From a virus (lineage: Duplodnaviria; Caudoviricetes), in the IMG/VR virus record IMGVR_UViG_3300008624_000009, positions 1 to 62,365 of that record: DNA of 62,365 bases, one strand, 5' to 3'. Position numbers and translations under genes: made by a program. Position 1 is the first letter of the stretch; the number at the start of each line of letters is the position of its first letter. Of the stretch, positions 47,109 through 57,709 are shown piece after piece. Under the pieces are notes generated by a model. That model did not search any database and had not been told where the DNA came from. It worked only from the letters and a program-made list of their open reading frames with translations.

Positions 47109-48860
47109 ATGTATATAGGAAAACCATACCAAAGTACCGCTGTACCAAGTAAAACATTTGATACTTTTACTGGTAACGGATCAATAACAACATTAACATT
47201 ATCACAAACACCATCTTCTGTTAATAATGTGTTTGTATATTTTGATGGTGTTGCTCAAAGACCAACTACGGATTATACCTTAGCTGGAAATACATTAACA
47301 TTTTCTTCTGCTCCTTCTAATGGTGTTGTTGTTTTTGCAATAGTAGGTGGTGGAGAACATATTTCTACACCTATGGGTGGTTCAATAGGTGCTGAAGATA
47401 TTGTTGATGCTGCTATTACTAATGCAAAAATAACATCTGTTGATGCAAGTAAACTTAGTGGTAGTGCATTTCCAGCAATTAATGGTGCTAATATTTCAAA
47501 TCAATTTGAACAAGCTAGTCCTTTTATAGAATCTACATCTGATCCTGCTATAGATAGTAATTTGACATTAGGAACAGCATGGCTTAATAAAACGACTGGC
47601 AATATATATATTTGTACGGATGCTACGACAAACGAAAATAGTTGGCAAAGTGTCGGTGATGGTTCTGGACATATATTAAAAAATCAACTACCTGGCGAAG
47701 CTACTGATGATGTACCTAATATAGAAGAAAGTACAACATTGAGTCATACCTTTACTGGTGGTACTGATGCAGACGGTACTGTTACACACTATGTCGTAGA
47801 TCAAATCTCTGATCCTATTTTATCAGTTGCTGCTTCAGAAGTTGCTGCTGGTTCAGCACATGAATTTACTGCTTCAGCAGTTAGTGGTGATACGAATGTT
47901 ACATTTCGTGTAAGGACAAAGGATGATGCTGGTATGTATAGTCCCGGCATAACTGTTACCGTAACCGTAGAAGATTATGTACCTTTTTGGTCAAATTATG
48001 CTCAAATGCACGCATATAGTGCTGGTGGCTGTTGGGGACACGATAAAATTGAAAGATTTTCAGTATTAACGGATGCAAATAATGCTGAGATTGGTACACT
48101 TTCTCTTGCGGTGGAATATGGAACGGGTACAAATAGTATATCACATGGATATATTTACGGTGGGGTAAATGATTGGGCTAATGGGTCTGAAAGTGTTGTG
48201 CAGAAAGTTCAATTGGCTGCATCAGCGAGTTCTTCTAATATATCTAATATGGTGAAACATTCTTATCAGCATGGTGCTGCTAATGAAGAAAATTATGGAT
48301 GGAAGTTTGGTGGTGATAGTACTCCTGATCCAGATTGGCGGATTCTTGAAAAACAATCTTATGCTTCTGATTCAAATATGACTAGTCCAGGCAATATGGT
48401 TGGTGGTGATCGTGGTAATATGAATGATGGAGTTTCTGGCCCTACACATGGATTTGCTATTGGTAATAATTATTATTCTTGTATTGATAAATGGTCTTAT
48501 GCTTCTGGTACAGATGCAGCAGATCATGGTGATAATTCTGAATATAGGTCAGGTGTTGCTACACAATGGACTACAACTCATGGTTATTTAAGTGGTGGAT
48601 ATAAATTAGGTGTTGGATCTAAAACCCATGTTGATAAATTTTCTTTTGCTAGTAATTCAACTGCTACACAAGTAGGAAATATATCGAGTTACAGATATGG
48701 TAATCTTCAAGGATGGTCTACACAAACTCATGCATATACTGGTACTGGTTATGGTGGTTATAAAACAGTTGATAAATTTGCATTTGCAAGTGAAGGAACA
48801 GCAGCACATTGTTCAGACTTACTTAATAATACAGTAGGTGCATCTAGTTTTCAAAGATAA
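47109..48860 (+). CDS. Putative receptor-binding protein: GDGS module, WLN module, Ig/cadherin-like spacer, type A head
   Basis: MYIG start; TDADG...VRTKDDAG spacer; THGY repeats. Confidence 0.7.
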   Translation: MYIGKPYQSTAVPSKTFDTFTGNGSITTLTLSQTPSSVNNVFVYFDGVAQRPTTDYTLAGNTLTFSSAPSNGVVVFAIVGGGEHISTPMGGSIGAEDIVDAAITNAKITSVDASKLSGSAFPAINGANISNQFEQASPFIESTSDPAIDSNLTLGTAWLNKTTGNIYICTDATTNENSWQSVGDGSGHILKNQLPGEATDDVPNIEESTTLSHTFTGGTDADGTVTHYVVDQISDPILSVAASEVAAGSAHEFTASAVSGDTNVTFRVRTKDDAGMYSPGITVTVTVEDYVPFWSNYAQMHAYSAGGCWGHDKIERFSVLTDANNAEIGTLSLAVEYGTGTNSISHGYIYGGVNDWANGSESVVQKVQLAASASSSNISNMVKHSYQHGAANEENYGWKFGGDSTPDPDWRILEKQSYASDSNMTSPGNMVGGDRGNMNDGVSGPTHGFAIGNNYYSCIDKWSYASGTDAADHGDNSEYRSGVATQWTTTHGYLSGGYKLGVGSKTHVDKFSFASNSTATQVGNISSYRYGNLQGWSTQTHAYTGTGYGGYKTVDKFAFASEGTAAHCSDLLNNTVGASSFQR

Positions 48861-48944
48861 AGATAAAGAATAATTGAGATAAGTTATATTATATTAAGTT
48901 AGAAATAATAATTTAAAAATAAAATTTAAAAAAGGATTCATAAT

Positions 48945-51908
48945 ATGTCAATAGTAAAAAGTACTTTAGGGTTGGTTTGTAGTGAACAGAAACCTTCCGA
49001 ACTTGCCTTTTCTCGTAATAGTATCGGTACAAGAGTTAATGCCATCGGTTTAGTTGAAACGCTTCCGGCTAATACTATTCGACTAGATTACAAGCCGGAA
49101 TTGGTTGGTGAAACAAATGGATGGTTATTAGAAGAAGCATCAACAAATCTTTGTTTACATTCAGAAGCATTTGATAATGCAGTTTGGATGGGTGGGTCTA
49201 ATGAAGTTACAGCTACACCAAATGCACATCATTCTCCAACTGGTGATAATATAGCTACATATGTAAAAGCAGTAGAGAATGCTAATGATATGGCATATGT
49301 TAGACAGGATGTAGGTGCTTTTACTGCTTCAAGTAAATATACTATTTCTGTATATGCAAAAAGAGGAGAAGCTATTGGAAGTCCAGATTATTTAGAAATT
49401 ACTAATGCAACTGGAGCATCTCCTTCTTCACAAACATTTAATTTATCAAATGGAACTAAGGGTAGTGCTATTGGTGTGGATTCATCAAACATTGTAGAAT
49501 ATCCTTATGGATGGTATCGTTGTGAAATGACATTTGTAGCTGATGCAGATTCTGGTTCTAATGCATATTTTATGTTAAGAAAAACTGATGGAAACAGTAG
49601 TGCTGAGACTTGGGGAGCTCAAGAAGGTGTATATTTATGGGGTGCTCAAGTTGAACAAAAGAGTTATAGTACTTCTTATATTCCAACAACAGATGCTACT
49701 GTAACTAGAGAAGAAGATGTTGCTTCTTATACAGTTGATGAAGAAGATTATAACTGGCGTGTTGGTTGTGCTATGACTATGCGTGGTAGATCACATGGCG
49801 GAGAAACTGGTGCTATTTTTCATTACGCAAATAGTGTTGGAGTAGATGGTGGTGCTGCTGATGATAACTCAATTACATGGTATAATAATGGCGATGTTAA
49901 AGTTATTAAAGATGGAGCATTACAAAATGAAACGAAAGTTAGTTCTGGATTATCTGTAGCAGTAAAATCAGATTTTAATATGGCGATGAGTGTTGAACCT
50001 AGTCGTTTACACGTTGCACAAGGACAAACCTTAGCTCCAAATCTACCAGATACTTCTATTGACGTACCAAAGAATATTACTGGTAGTAATTTTGTTGTTA
50101 AATTTTTTCATGGTGCTGGAGTTAGTGGTAGTGGACATCTAAAAACATTTTCCATTCAACCACAAAAACTTACTGATACACAACTTCAAATAAGCAGTAA
50201 TATACAAGGAACGTATGATGGTTCTGGTAATCTTAATAGTGCTTCTTCAGTTCTTGATGGTTCAATTACTACAGCAAAACTTGCTAATAATGCAGTTGAT
50301 GGAACTAAAATTGCTGACAATTCAATTACTTCAGCACATTTGGATGTAAATGTTATTCTTGCTGAAGATATTGCAGCAAACGCAATTACTGTTGCAGAAA
50401 TTCAAAACAATGCAGTTGAAACTGCAAAAATTCAAGATGGTGCAGTAACAGGTGAAAAGATTGCATTAACAAGTCAAGCATCTAGTGATCTTATGTATTT
50501 CAATGGTACTAAGTGGGTTCGCCTAGAAAAGGGTACTAGTGGACAGTTGTTATCAACAAATAATAGTGGAGTACTTGAATGGAAAGATGATGGTAGCTCT
50601 GCACCTGCTAATCCTGATACTCAACTTGGACTAGGTGGTGGTGATATTACAGGTACTATCAATATTCCAACTATCGTACCTAATAGTGTTGGTATTATTG
50701 AATTAGAGACAGATAATGTTGGTACTACTGGACAAGCATTGATGAAAACTGTTGGTGGTACATTGGAATTTGGTGATGTTTCTGCTGACCCAACAATGGG
50801 TGGAGATTTGTCCGGGCCTGCTTCTAATGCACAAATTGCTAATGATGCAGTTGGTAGTGATGAAATTGCTGATAGTGCAGTAGTAATGGCACATCTTGCA
50901 GATGATGCTGTTACAGCTGATAAATTGCGTGATAGTACTGTAACAGATTCGGAACGTGCAGTTACAACAAATCATATTAGAAATTCTAATATTACCGCAG
51001 ATAAAATTGCTAATGATGCTGTTACCTCTGATAAAATTGCTGATGATGCTGTTCTTAGTGCTCATCTTGCAGATAATAGTGTTCTTGAAGCAGCAATACA
51101 AAATAATGCTGTAACAAATTCTAAAATTAATGTTAATGCTGTAACAAACTCAAAACTTGCTACAGATGCAGTAACAAATTCCAAAATTGCTGATGGTGCA
51201 ATTACAGCTGCTAAAATTGCAGCGGGTGTTATTGTTGCACAAAATATTGCTTCTAATTCAGTTGGAGTTGATGAATTAAATGTAGCAGAAGGTACTGCTG
51301 GACAAGTACTTTCTACGAATGGTGCTGGTGCATTATCATTTGTTGATGCTGGTGCAAATGATCCAGCAGTAGGTGGTGCTTTTACTGGTACAGTTTCTAA
51401 TATCCAAATTCCTGATAATACAATTACCTCTGCGATGATTGCTGCAGATGTTATTGTTGCCGAGGATTTGGCAAATAATTCTATCACAGTTGCAGAACTT
51501 TCTGATGGTGCAGTAGCAACAGCAAAAATTGCTGACAATGCTGTTACTGGTGCTAAGATTTCTATGGGTGGTGATGCTGGTGGTGATATTATGTATTTTG
51601 ATGGTACAGATTATGCACGTTTACCAGTTGGTACAGCTGGACAAGTACTTACAATGAACTCTGGTGGTAGTGCTCCTGAATGGGCAGCAACTTCTTCAAA
51701 TGCATCAACAACAAATGTAGGTGGTGATTTGTCTGGTACAGTTGCAAATGCACAGATTATTGCTAATGCTGTAACTATTGCAGAACTTGCTGTTGCTGAT
51801 GGTACTAATGGACAAGTACTTCAAACGGATGGTGCTGGTACTTTAAGTTTTGTTACTCCTGCTTCTGGTGGTGGTACTGATGTAGCTATGGCGATTGCCT
51901 TAGGTTAA
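48945..51908 (+). CDS. Long fibre with N-terminal carbohydrate-binding-like domain, shaft and C-terminal AIALG
   Basis: LLEEASTNL..HSE.F, GWYRC, WGAQVE...TSYIPT; ~500 aa of 10-aa repeats. Confidence 0.7.
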   Translation: MSIVKSTLGLVCSEQKPSELAFSRNSIGTRVNAIGLVETLPANTIRLDYKPELVGETNGWLLEEASTNLCLHSEAFDNAVWMGGSNEVTATPNAHHSPTGDNIATYVKAVENANDMAYVRQDVGAFTASSKYTISVYAKRGEAIGSPDYLEITNATGASPSSQTFNLSNGTKGSAIGVDSSNIVEYPYGWYRCEMTFVADADSGSNAYFMLRKTDGNSSAETWGAQEGVYLWGAQVEQKSYSTSYIPTTDATVTREEDVASYTVDEEDYNWRVGCAMTMRGRSHGGETGAIFHYANSVGVDGGAADDNSITWYNNGDVKVIKDGALQNETKVSSGLSVAVKSDFNMAMSVEPSRLHVAQGQTLAPNLPDTSIDVPKNITGSNFVVKFFHGAGVSGSGHLKTFSIQPQKLTDTQLQISSNIQGTYDGSGNLNSASSVLDGSITTAKLANNAVDGTKIADNSITSAHLDVNVILAEDIAANAITVAEIQNNAVETAKIQDGAVTGEKIALTSQASSDLMYFNGTKWVRLEKGTSGQLLSTNNSGVLEWKDDGSSAPANPDTQLGLGGGDITGTINIPTIVPNSVGIIELETDNVGTTGQALMKTVGGTLEFGDVSADPTMGGDLSGPASNAQIANDAVGSDEIADSAVVMAHLADDAVTADKLRDSTVTDSERAVTTNHIRNSNITADKIANDAVTSDKIADDAVLSAHLADNSVLEAAIQNNAVTNSKINVNAVTNSKLATDAVTNSKIADGAITAAKIAAGVIVAQNIASNSVGVDELNVAEGTAGQVLSTNGAGALSFVDAGANDPAVGGAFTGTVSNIQIPDNTITSAMIAADVIVAEDLANNSITVAELSDGAVATAKIADNAVTGAKISMGGDAGGDIMYFDGTDYARLPVGTAGQVLTMNSGGSAPEWAATSSNASTTNVGGDLSGTVANAQIIANAVTIAELAVADGTNGQVLQTDGAGTLSFVTPASGGGTDVAMAIALG

Positions 51909-51917
51909 AATAAACTC

Positions 51918-51945
51918 ATAGCACATGGAATTGTCCATGTGCTAT
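51918..51945. terminator. Stem-loop, possible terminator or processing site
   Basis: ATAGCACATGGA-ATTG-TCCATGTGCTAT; no U-tract on the plus strand. Confidence 0.5.
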
Positions 51946-51962
51946 AAACCTAAATCTAAATA

Positions 51963-51970
51963 TATAAATA
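51963..51970 (+). promoter_or_regulatory. T4-type late promoter
   Basis: TATAAATA just after the hairpin. Confidence 0.75.
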
Positions 51971-52000
51971 AATAACAATGCTAATAGATAGGAAAAAAAT

Positions 52001-53494
52001 ATGTCATATATAGGAAAAGATGTAAAAAGTGTATCAACTGCTAACATAACAGTTGATTCAATGACGGGAGATGGTTCTGCTAATACATTAGCATTATCGC
52101 TAACGATGGTTGATTCAATATATGATGTAGCAGTTTATATAGATGGAATTGCTAGAACTCCAGGCATAGATTATACATTATCAAATACAACAATAACTTT
52201 TGCAACACCCCCTAGTGTTGATCAAAAAGTTGTAGCTATATCAACAGGAGATGCACTAAAGGATAATGTTATAGATAACTCATTTACGGTTGATAGTATT
52301 AAAGATAATTCTATTACAGATGCAAAAGTTGTTGGATTAGATGCAAGTAAATTAACTGGGGCATTACCCGCAGTAGATGGTTCTGCAATAACTGGCATAG
52401 ATGGTACGATTGCTATAATACAACAATCCTATAAACCTACTTATAATGCTGATGTTGGAGAAGGAGCTATATGGCTAAATACTTCAACTGGCCAATTTTA
52501 TGTTTGTACTAATGGTACTCCTGGCAACAATACTTGGGTCAATGCTGGAACTGGTACTGGACTTATTGAGTACGTGCCTTGGTCTTATACAGGAACATTG
52601 TCTGCACATACATTTGGTGGATATATTGCTCATTATGGTACTGATATGATACAAAAGTGGAATTTTGCTTCAAATTCTGGTGCATCACATAAAGGTAGTA
52701 TTGAAGGAGCTGGGGGTCGTGGAACAGATGGTCCGATTGGTGTTTCTGGTGCTACACATGGGTACGTTTGTGGTGGTCATAGTGCTGATACTGGTGGTTA
52801 TGTATCAAATATATCTAAAGTTGCTCATGCTACAGAATCAGAAAGTTCTGTTAATACTGGTGCTAATTTGTCAAATTCTAGGTCTAATACTGATGGAATT
52901 GGATCAGAAATTGCTGGTTATGTTTTTAATGCTTATCCATATACAACTGCTATTGATAAATTTTCTTTTGCTAGTGATGGTAGTTGTTCTGCTGTGGCTA
53001 ACACAGGTGTACCTGCTCATGGGACTCAAGGACAAGCTTCAACAACTCATGGATATTGTTCTGGTGGGCATGATTGGGTAGCTGGAGCTAAAATAACAAC
53101 AATACAAAAATTTGATTTTGCATCAGATTCGGATTCAACATCAGTAGGAGATATAGCAGGTGTTGGTAGATATATGGGAGCAGGATGTAATTCTGTAACT
53201 CATGGTTATGTAGCTGGTGGTCAGAAGGGTAATCCTTCTGCAAGAGTGTCAACTATTGATCAATTTTCTTTTGCTAATGAAAACAATTCAGTAGGACACG
53301 GTGATTTAGCAGGTATAAGATATGGAAATGCTGGACATTCTTCAACTACTGATGGATATAGTTCGGTTGGTGGAACCGCATATAATGGTAAACAAAATGA
53401 TATTCACAAATTTTCCTTTTCATCTAATACAACCGCAGTAGGACATGGCAACGCTGGTATGTCCGTTTATATGGCTGGTGGACACCAATATTAA
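52001..53494 (+). CDS. Putative receptor-binding protein: GDGS and WLN modules, type A head
   Basis: MSYIG start; THGY/KFSF repeats. Confidence 0.72.
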   Translation: MSYIGKDVKSVSTANITVDSMTGDGSANTLALSLTMVDSIYDVAVYIDGIARTPGIDYTLSNTTITFATPPSVDQKVVAISTGDALKDNVIDNSFTVDSIKDNSITDAKVVGLDASKLTGALPAVDGSAITGIDGTIAIIQQSYKPTYNADVGEGAIWLNTSTGQFYVCTNGTPGNNTWVNAGTGTGLIEYVPWSYTGTLSAHTFGGYIAHYGTDMIQKWNFASNSGASHKGSIEGAGGRGTDGPIGVSGATHGYVCGGHSADTGGYVSNISKVAHATESESSVNTGANLSNSRSNTDGIGSEIAGYVFNAYPYTTAIDKFSFASDGSCSAVANTGVPAHGTQGQASTTHGYCSGGHDWVAGAKITTIQKFDFASDSDSTSVGDIAGVGRYMGAGCNSVTHGYVAGGQKGNPSARVSTIDQFSFANENNSVGHGDLAGIRYGNAGHSSTTDGYSSVGGTAYNGKQNDIHKFSFSSNTTAVGHGNAGMSVYMAGGHQY

Positions 53495-53519
53495 ACTATT
53501 TAATCAAAGGAAATAACAA

Positions 53520-55091
53520 ATGGGATTTATAGGAAATAACTTAAAAAATGTATTAACAGAAGCAAAATCTGTTGATACAATGACGGGTGATGGTTCTACT
53601 ACTACAATAACATTATCTAAAACGCCCGGTTCTGTTAATAATACTACTGTTTTTTGGGATGGTGTATTTAAAACTCCAATTACAGATTATACTTTATCAG
53701 GAACTACAATTACATTTGGAACAGCACCAGCACAAGATGTTCATGTAATGGTGTTTAGTGGTAATGATAGTTTAGTTGAAAGTCCAGAAAATATTACTGT
53801 TACATCTAGTATGATTGCTGATGGTTCTATTACATCTGATAAAATTGCTACGGTAGATATAAATAAATTAGATGGAACATTACCCGCTGGAGTAGATGCA
53901 TCAGCATTAACAGGAATGCCCGATCTTCCTAGTTTATATACAACAGTTTCTGCTTCTAGTCCAACAAGGACATCTAATCCTACGGGTGGCGTAGGAACAA
54001 TGTGGATCAATTCAACAGATGGAGAACTTTTTGTATGTGTTGATGCTGGAACAGATAATAATGAATGGCGGAATGTTGGAGAGTCGCAAGAATCAGATAA
54101 TGTTGCACCAGCACCACAATATCTTGGTGATATAGGAATGTGGATGGGTGGATATACTGGTACTGGTTTTTATGGTACTGATAATACTCATTCTATGGTT
54201 ATACCAACCCAAGCCAATACAGTACTTTTTGGAAGTACAACTTATGGTCATGGTGATATGCCCGGTGTGTGTTCAAATGGAACACGAGCAGTTGTTGCTG
54301 GTGGTTGGAATAATCATAATGGTTATGGTAGAACTCCTGTAATAGAGTATGTTACAATCGCAACGCCAGGTAATGCTACTTGGTTTGGCAATCTTACTTG
54401 GGGAGGGCAAACATCTTGGGGTACTCAAAATATTCATGGAACAGGAAATGGAACAAGAGGTATATACAATACTGGAGCATATGGTGGTTCAAGTGGAGCT
54501 CCATCACCTAGAAATATGCAATATATAACGGTTGAAACACCAGCTAATGCTCAAGATTTTACTTCTGATAATATGACTTATGGAGGTGGACAACACCGAT
54601 GGCAAGCTATATGTAGTAATGGTGTTAGATGTGTTATATGGAATGGTTATTATTATGGTGATGAAACTAATTCTGGTAACTTGACAGGCCCAATTAGATA
54701 CATTAATATGGACACCACAAGTAATTCAATATCATTTGGAAATCAAGCAGGAAGGGGACTTGGTGGAGTTGGACTTAATGATAGAACATATGGTGTTTCT
54801 TATCATAACAAGAATGGTTGGACACAATGTGAACCTGCTGAGTACCTTACTATGGCTACTGAAGCTAATGCACAATTTTTTGCTAATCAGTATTCAGATA
54901 GATATTTATCACCTGCTGTTTGCACAGATACAGCAAGTCGTGCAGTTATTAAGTCTGGATTTTCAGCAGGTTGGGGTGGAGTATCAGGTACAGCAGAAAT
55001 GGTACAATGTAATAAACCTGATCAAAATGCTGTATTTTGGTTAAGTCTCGGTACTCGTAATCATCCAGGCGGAGCATCTGGAAACGGATAA
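53520..55091 (+). CDS. Putative receptor-binding protein: GDGS and WIN modules, type B head
   Basis: SNGTRA, GNGTRG, LNDRTYGV, as in 44967..46178. Confidence 0.72.
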   Translation: MGFIGNNLKNVLTEAKSVDTMTGDGSTTTITLSKTPGSVNNTTVFWDGVFKTPITDYTLSGTTITFGTAPAQDVHVMVFSGNDSLVESPENITVTSSMIADGSITSDKIATVDINKLDGTLPAGVDASALTGMPDLPSLYTTVSASSPTRTSNPTGGVGTMWINSTDGELFVCVDAGTDNNEWRNVGESQESDNVAPAPQYLGDIGMWMGGYTGTGFYGTDNTHSMVIPTQANTVLFGSTTYGHGDMPGVCSNGTRAVVAGGWNNHNGYGRTPVIEYVTIATPGNATWFGNLTWGGQTSWGTQNIHGTGNGTRGIYNTGAYGGSSGAPSPRNMQYITVETPANAQDFTSDNMTYGGGQHRWQAICSNGVRCVIWNGYYYGDETNSGNLTGPIRYINMDTTSNSISFGNQAGRGLGGVGLNDRTYGVSYHNKNGWTQCEPAEYLTMATEANAQFFANQYSDRYLSPAVCTDTASRAVIKSGFSAGWGGVSGTAEMVQCNKPDQNAVFWLSLGTRNHPGGASGNG

Positions 55092-55136
55092 AAATTATTA
55101 TAATATTATTAATTTAAATTATAGGAGTTATGAATA

Positions 55137-55973
55137 GTGAGTGAAAATGAAACAGAACAATCATTAGCAATATCAAAAACAGTAGTTAATGATTTAATAC
55201 CCAATACAAGCATAAGTCAAGAAGCTTTAACTAAAATTTGTAATAGATTACCAGAATTAGAAAGAGCAAAGGGGGCAGTAGGTAGAACTAATAGTCAAAC
55301 AACAGCTACATTAATGACTATGACAATGTTAGCAGATAGTCCTTATCGTCAATTAAAACAATGTTTAGCACAGATAGATTCTAAAAGAAATGCTTTGATT
55401 GAGGCTCATTTTAAAACCCAAAAAACTCATGTTAAAATTAAAGAATGGGAACAAAAGGGTGATGAATTAAGTTTGATAAAGATACAAGAAGCTGAAAGTG
55501 GTATGAAACAAATGAGATCAAGTGTTGAAAATGCTATGAAAGAAATTGGAATGTATCAAGATATGTATGATAAAATTCGTGATGCAAACGGGATACCTGA
55601 GAATTGGGATGAAAAAGATTTTGAATCATCTGAAATTGCAAATGCAATTAGAATGGGTTTTAGACAAGCAATTCAGAATTTAATGTCAAGTGATAGAATT
55701 GCAATATCAACTGTTGAATATTGGGAGCAATTTGGTATTCATCCAATGGTAGGTGAAAAATTAACTAGAGATTATATGAATAGTGTTCGTGCAGAAATAA
55801 ATGAGAATAAGCTCCCAAGTGTTCAAAGTATGCATATATTTTTAGAGCAAATGGTTGAAACATTTAAAAATGAACATCAACATTCATTAAAGAGAATGGG
55901 TTTAGAAAAGATTGTAAATGAGGATTATATTTACAAAAAACCAGTAAGTACTGATAAACATCTTGAAGAATAA
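55137..55973 (+). CDS. Coiled-coil hypothetical protein, 278 aa (paralog of 46256..47092)
   Basis: GTG start after AGGAG; LKQ..AQ...KR.AL.EA.F, AMKEI, EYWEQ.G. Confidence 0.8.
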   Translation: MSENETEQSLAISKTVVNDLIPNTSISQEALTKICNRLPELERAKGAVGRTNSQTTATLMTMTMLADSPYRQLKQCLAQIDSKRNALIEAHFKTQKTHVKIKEWEQKGDELSLIKIQEAESGMKQMRSSVENAMKEIGMYQDMYDKIRDANGIPENWDEKDFESSEIANAIRMGFRQAIQNLMSSDRIAISTVEYWEQFGIHPMVGEKLTRDYMNSVRAEINENKLPSVQSMHIFLEQMVETFKNEHQHSLKRMGLEKIVNEDYIYKKPVSTDKHLEE

Positions 55974-55998
55974 CTATAAAATGTATCATTATTGAGTG

Positions 55999-56015
55999 TA
56001 TAAATATTATAAATA
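55999..56015 (+). promoter_or_regulatory. Two adjacent T4-type late promoters
   Basis: TATAAATA at 55999-56006 and 56008-56015. Confidence 0.75.
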
Positions 56016-56063
56016 AGTAGATAGTTAAAAACATTAACATCATTTAAAAAAGGATTTAAAACT

Positions 56064-56381
56064 ATGAAACTCGTAGAATACAAACTTCATGCCTCTGTTT
56101 TTGGTCGTGGAAAAACAACTCCTGCTTGGATTAGTCATGGCGGACACTACATGAACCCTGATGATCATACATTGATGGGTTTTGTTGAAGATCCATGTGA
56201 GTATTATCTTCCAGATACATTGGAATATTATACATTACCTGAAGCAGTAACAAGACAACTTGCAATTCATGCTAAACATCCAATGAATAAATTTGATCCT
56301 GAATCGGGTGATATGTCCGTTATGACTGAAGCTGAAGTTCAGGAACAAATGGAAGCATGGTATAACGCAATTACTTCATAA
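56064..56381 (+). CDS. Hypothetical protein, 105 aa
   Basis: ORF track; AAGGA RBS; has its own late promoters. Confidence 0.8.
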   Translation: MKLVEYKLHASVFGRGKTTPAWISHGGHYMNPDDHTLMGFVEDPCEYYLPDTLEYYTLPEAVTRQLAIHAKHPMNKFDPESGDMSVMTEAEVQEQMEAWYNAITS

Positions 56382-56467
56382 TATAAATTTAAAATAAAAT
56401 TTAAATCCATATATTGTAACAAACACAATACTAGTTATGCTATTTTGATTTAAATATATATCATTAT

Positions 56468-57034
56468 ATGGCTAATATTATTAAAATAAAAAGAAGTGAA
56501 ATATCTGATTCAATACCTACTGTAAATGATTTAGAAGTAGGTGAGATTTGTATGAATATTGCAGATCAAAAGCTTTATACTAGAAAATCAGATGATTCGA
56601 TTGTTACAATTTCAGATGTTATATCGGGTAAATCCGAATTAGAATTAATATCTTCAGATACTAGTTCTAATTCGGGGCCGGTTTTAGATTTATATAGAGA
56701 TTCATTTTCTCCTTTTGATTCTGATGCTATTGGAGAAATTAAATTTCAAGGTGAAAATGATAATAGTGATAAAGTAGTATATGCTAAAATAACAAGTAAA
56801 ATAGAGGATGCAACAGCTTCTAGTGAAGATGCTATTATAGAATTTTATGTTCAAGAGAATGGTACAAATAATGCTATCATACAATTAAAGAGTGATGGTA
56901 TTCATATTATGTCTGGAAAACAACTTACTTTTCCAGATGGTACAACATTGAATACTGCTTCTGGTGCATCTTCAAGTGGTGCAACACAAGCACAGTTGGA
57001 TCAAGTTACTACAATAGCAATCGCATTAGGGTAA
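56468..57034 (+). CDS. Short fibre-related protein ending AIALG
   Basis: IKIKRS...P...L..GE...N.AD.KLY fibre N-terminus. Confidence 0.7.
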   Translation: MANIIKIKRSEISDSIPTVNDLEVGEICMNIADQKLYTRKSDDSIVTISDVISGKSELELISSDTSSNSGPVLDLYRDSFSPFDSDAIGEIKFQGENDNSDKVVYAKITSKIEDATASSEDAIIEFYVQENGTNNAIIQLKSDGIHIMSGKQLTFPDGTTLNTASGASSSGATQAQLDQVTTIAIALG

Positions 57035-57040
57035 TAACAA

Positions 57041-57379
57041 ATGGCTACTGTAAAATGGAATCAAGATATTAATGCTGGTTCAAATTGGTTTGCTGATATT
57101 AATATATTAGATAGTAATGGTGCTGCTAGAGATGTAACTGGACAAACATTTCAAAGTTATATAAGACGGCATTATAAATCAATCAATAAAGAAGAAATTA
57201 CAATAACAGTTGTAAATCCAGTAACAGGAAATGTTACATTTGAATTATCAGCAGCACAAACTTCTGCATTAAAACATGGTAAATATCTTTATGATATTGA
57301 AATGACAGAAACAGCTACAGGAATAGTAGAAAGAATAATTCAAGGTGTTATAACAATTCGCCCAGAGATAACAAAATAA
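57041..57379 (+). CDS. Conserved phage structural protein (BppU-like beta fold)
   Basis: I.AGS.W...G.VT..L.A.QT..L..GKYLYDIE...RII.G.I..RP.IT. Confidence 0.65.
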   Translation: MATVKWNQDINAGSNWFADINILDSNGAARDVTGQTFQSYIRRHYKSINKEEITITVVNPVTGNVTFELSAAQTSALKHGKYLYDIEMTETATGIVERIIQGVITIRPEITK

Positions 57380-57380
57380 A

Positions 57381-57608
57381 ATGCCTATACAAGTAAATAG
57401 AAATTGGGGAAATCCTATTTTTACACCACAATTATCTACTGGTAGAACAGGGCTAGGTGCTGGTGAAGTACCTCCACTAGTAGATTTATCGGATGTAAAT
57501 AAAATTGGTTTGAATGATAATGATGTTTTGGTTTATGATGCTGCAACAAAAACATTTAAACCAATAGATGTCGAAGTTATAAACGATAATGATGGTGGTA
57601 CATTTTAA
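57381..57608 (+). CDS. Small fibre-related protein ending DGGTF
   Basis: L.DLSDV...VLVYD module. Confidence 0.65.
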   Translation: MPIQVNRNWGNPIFTPQLSTGRTGLGAGEVPPLVDLSDVNKIGLNDNDVLVYDAATKTFKPIDVEVINDNDGGTF

Positions 57609-57709
57609 AAAGTTTAAAAGTTTTATTGGTAAGTTGCAAAATAATGATTAATATGAAGTTTTGAATTAAATATATTTAATTTACTAAAACAAAAAAAGGA
57701 AACAAATAA

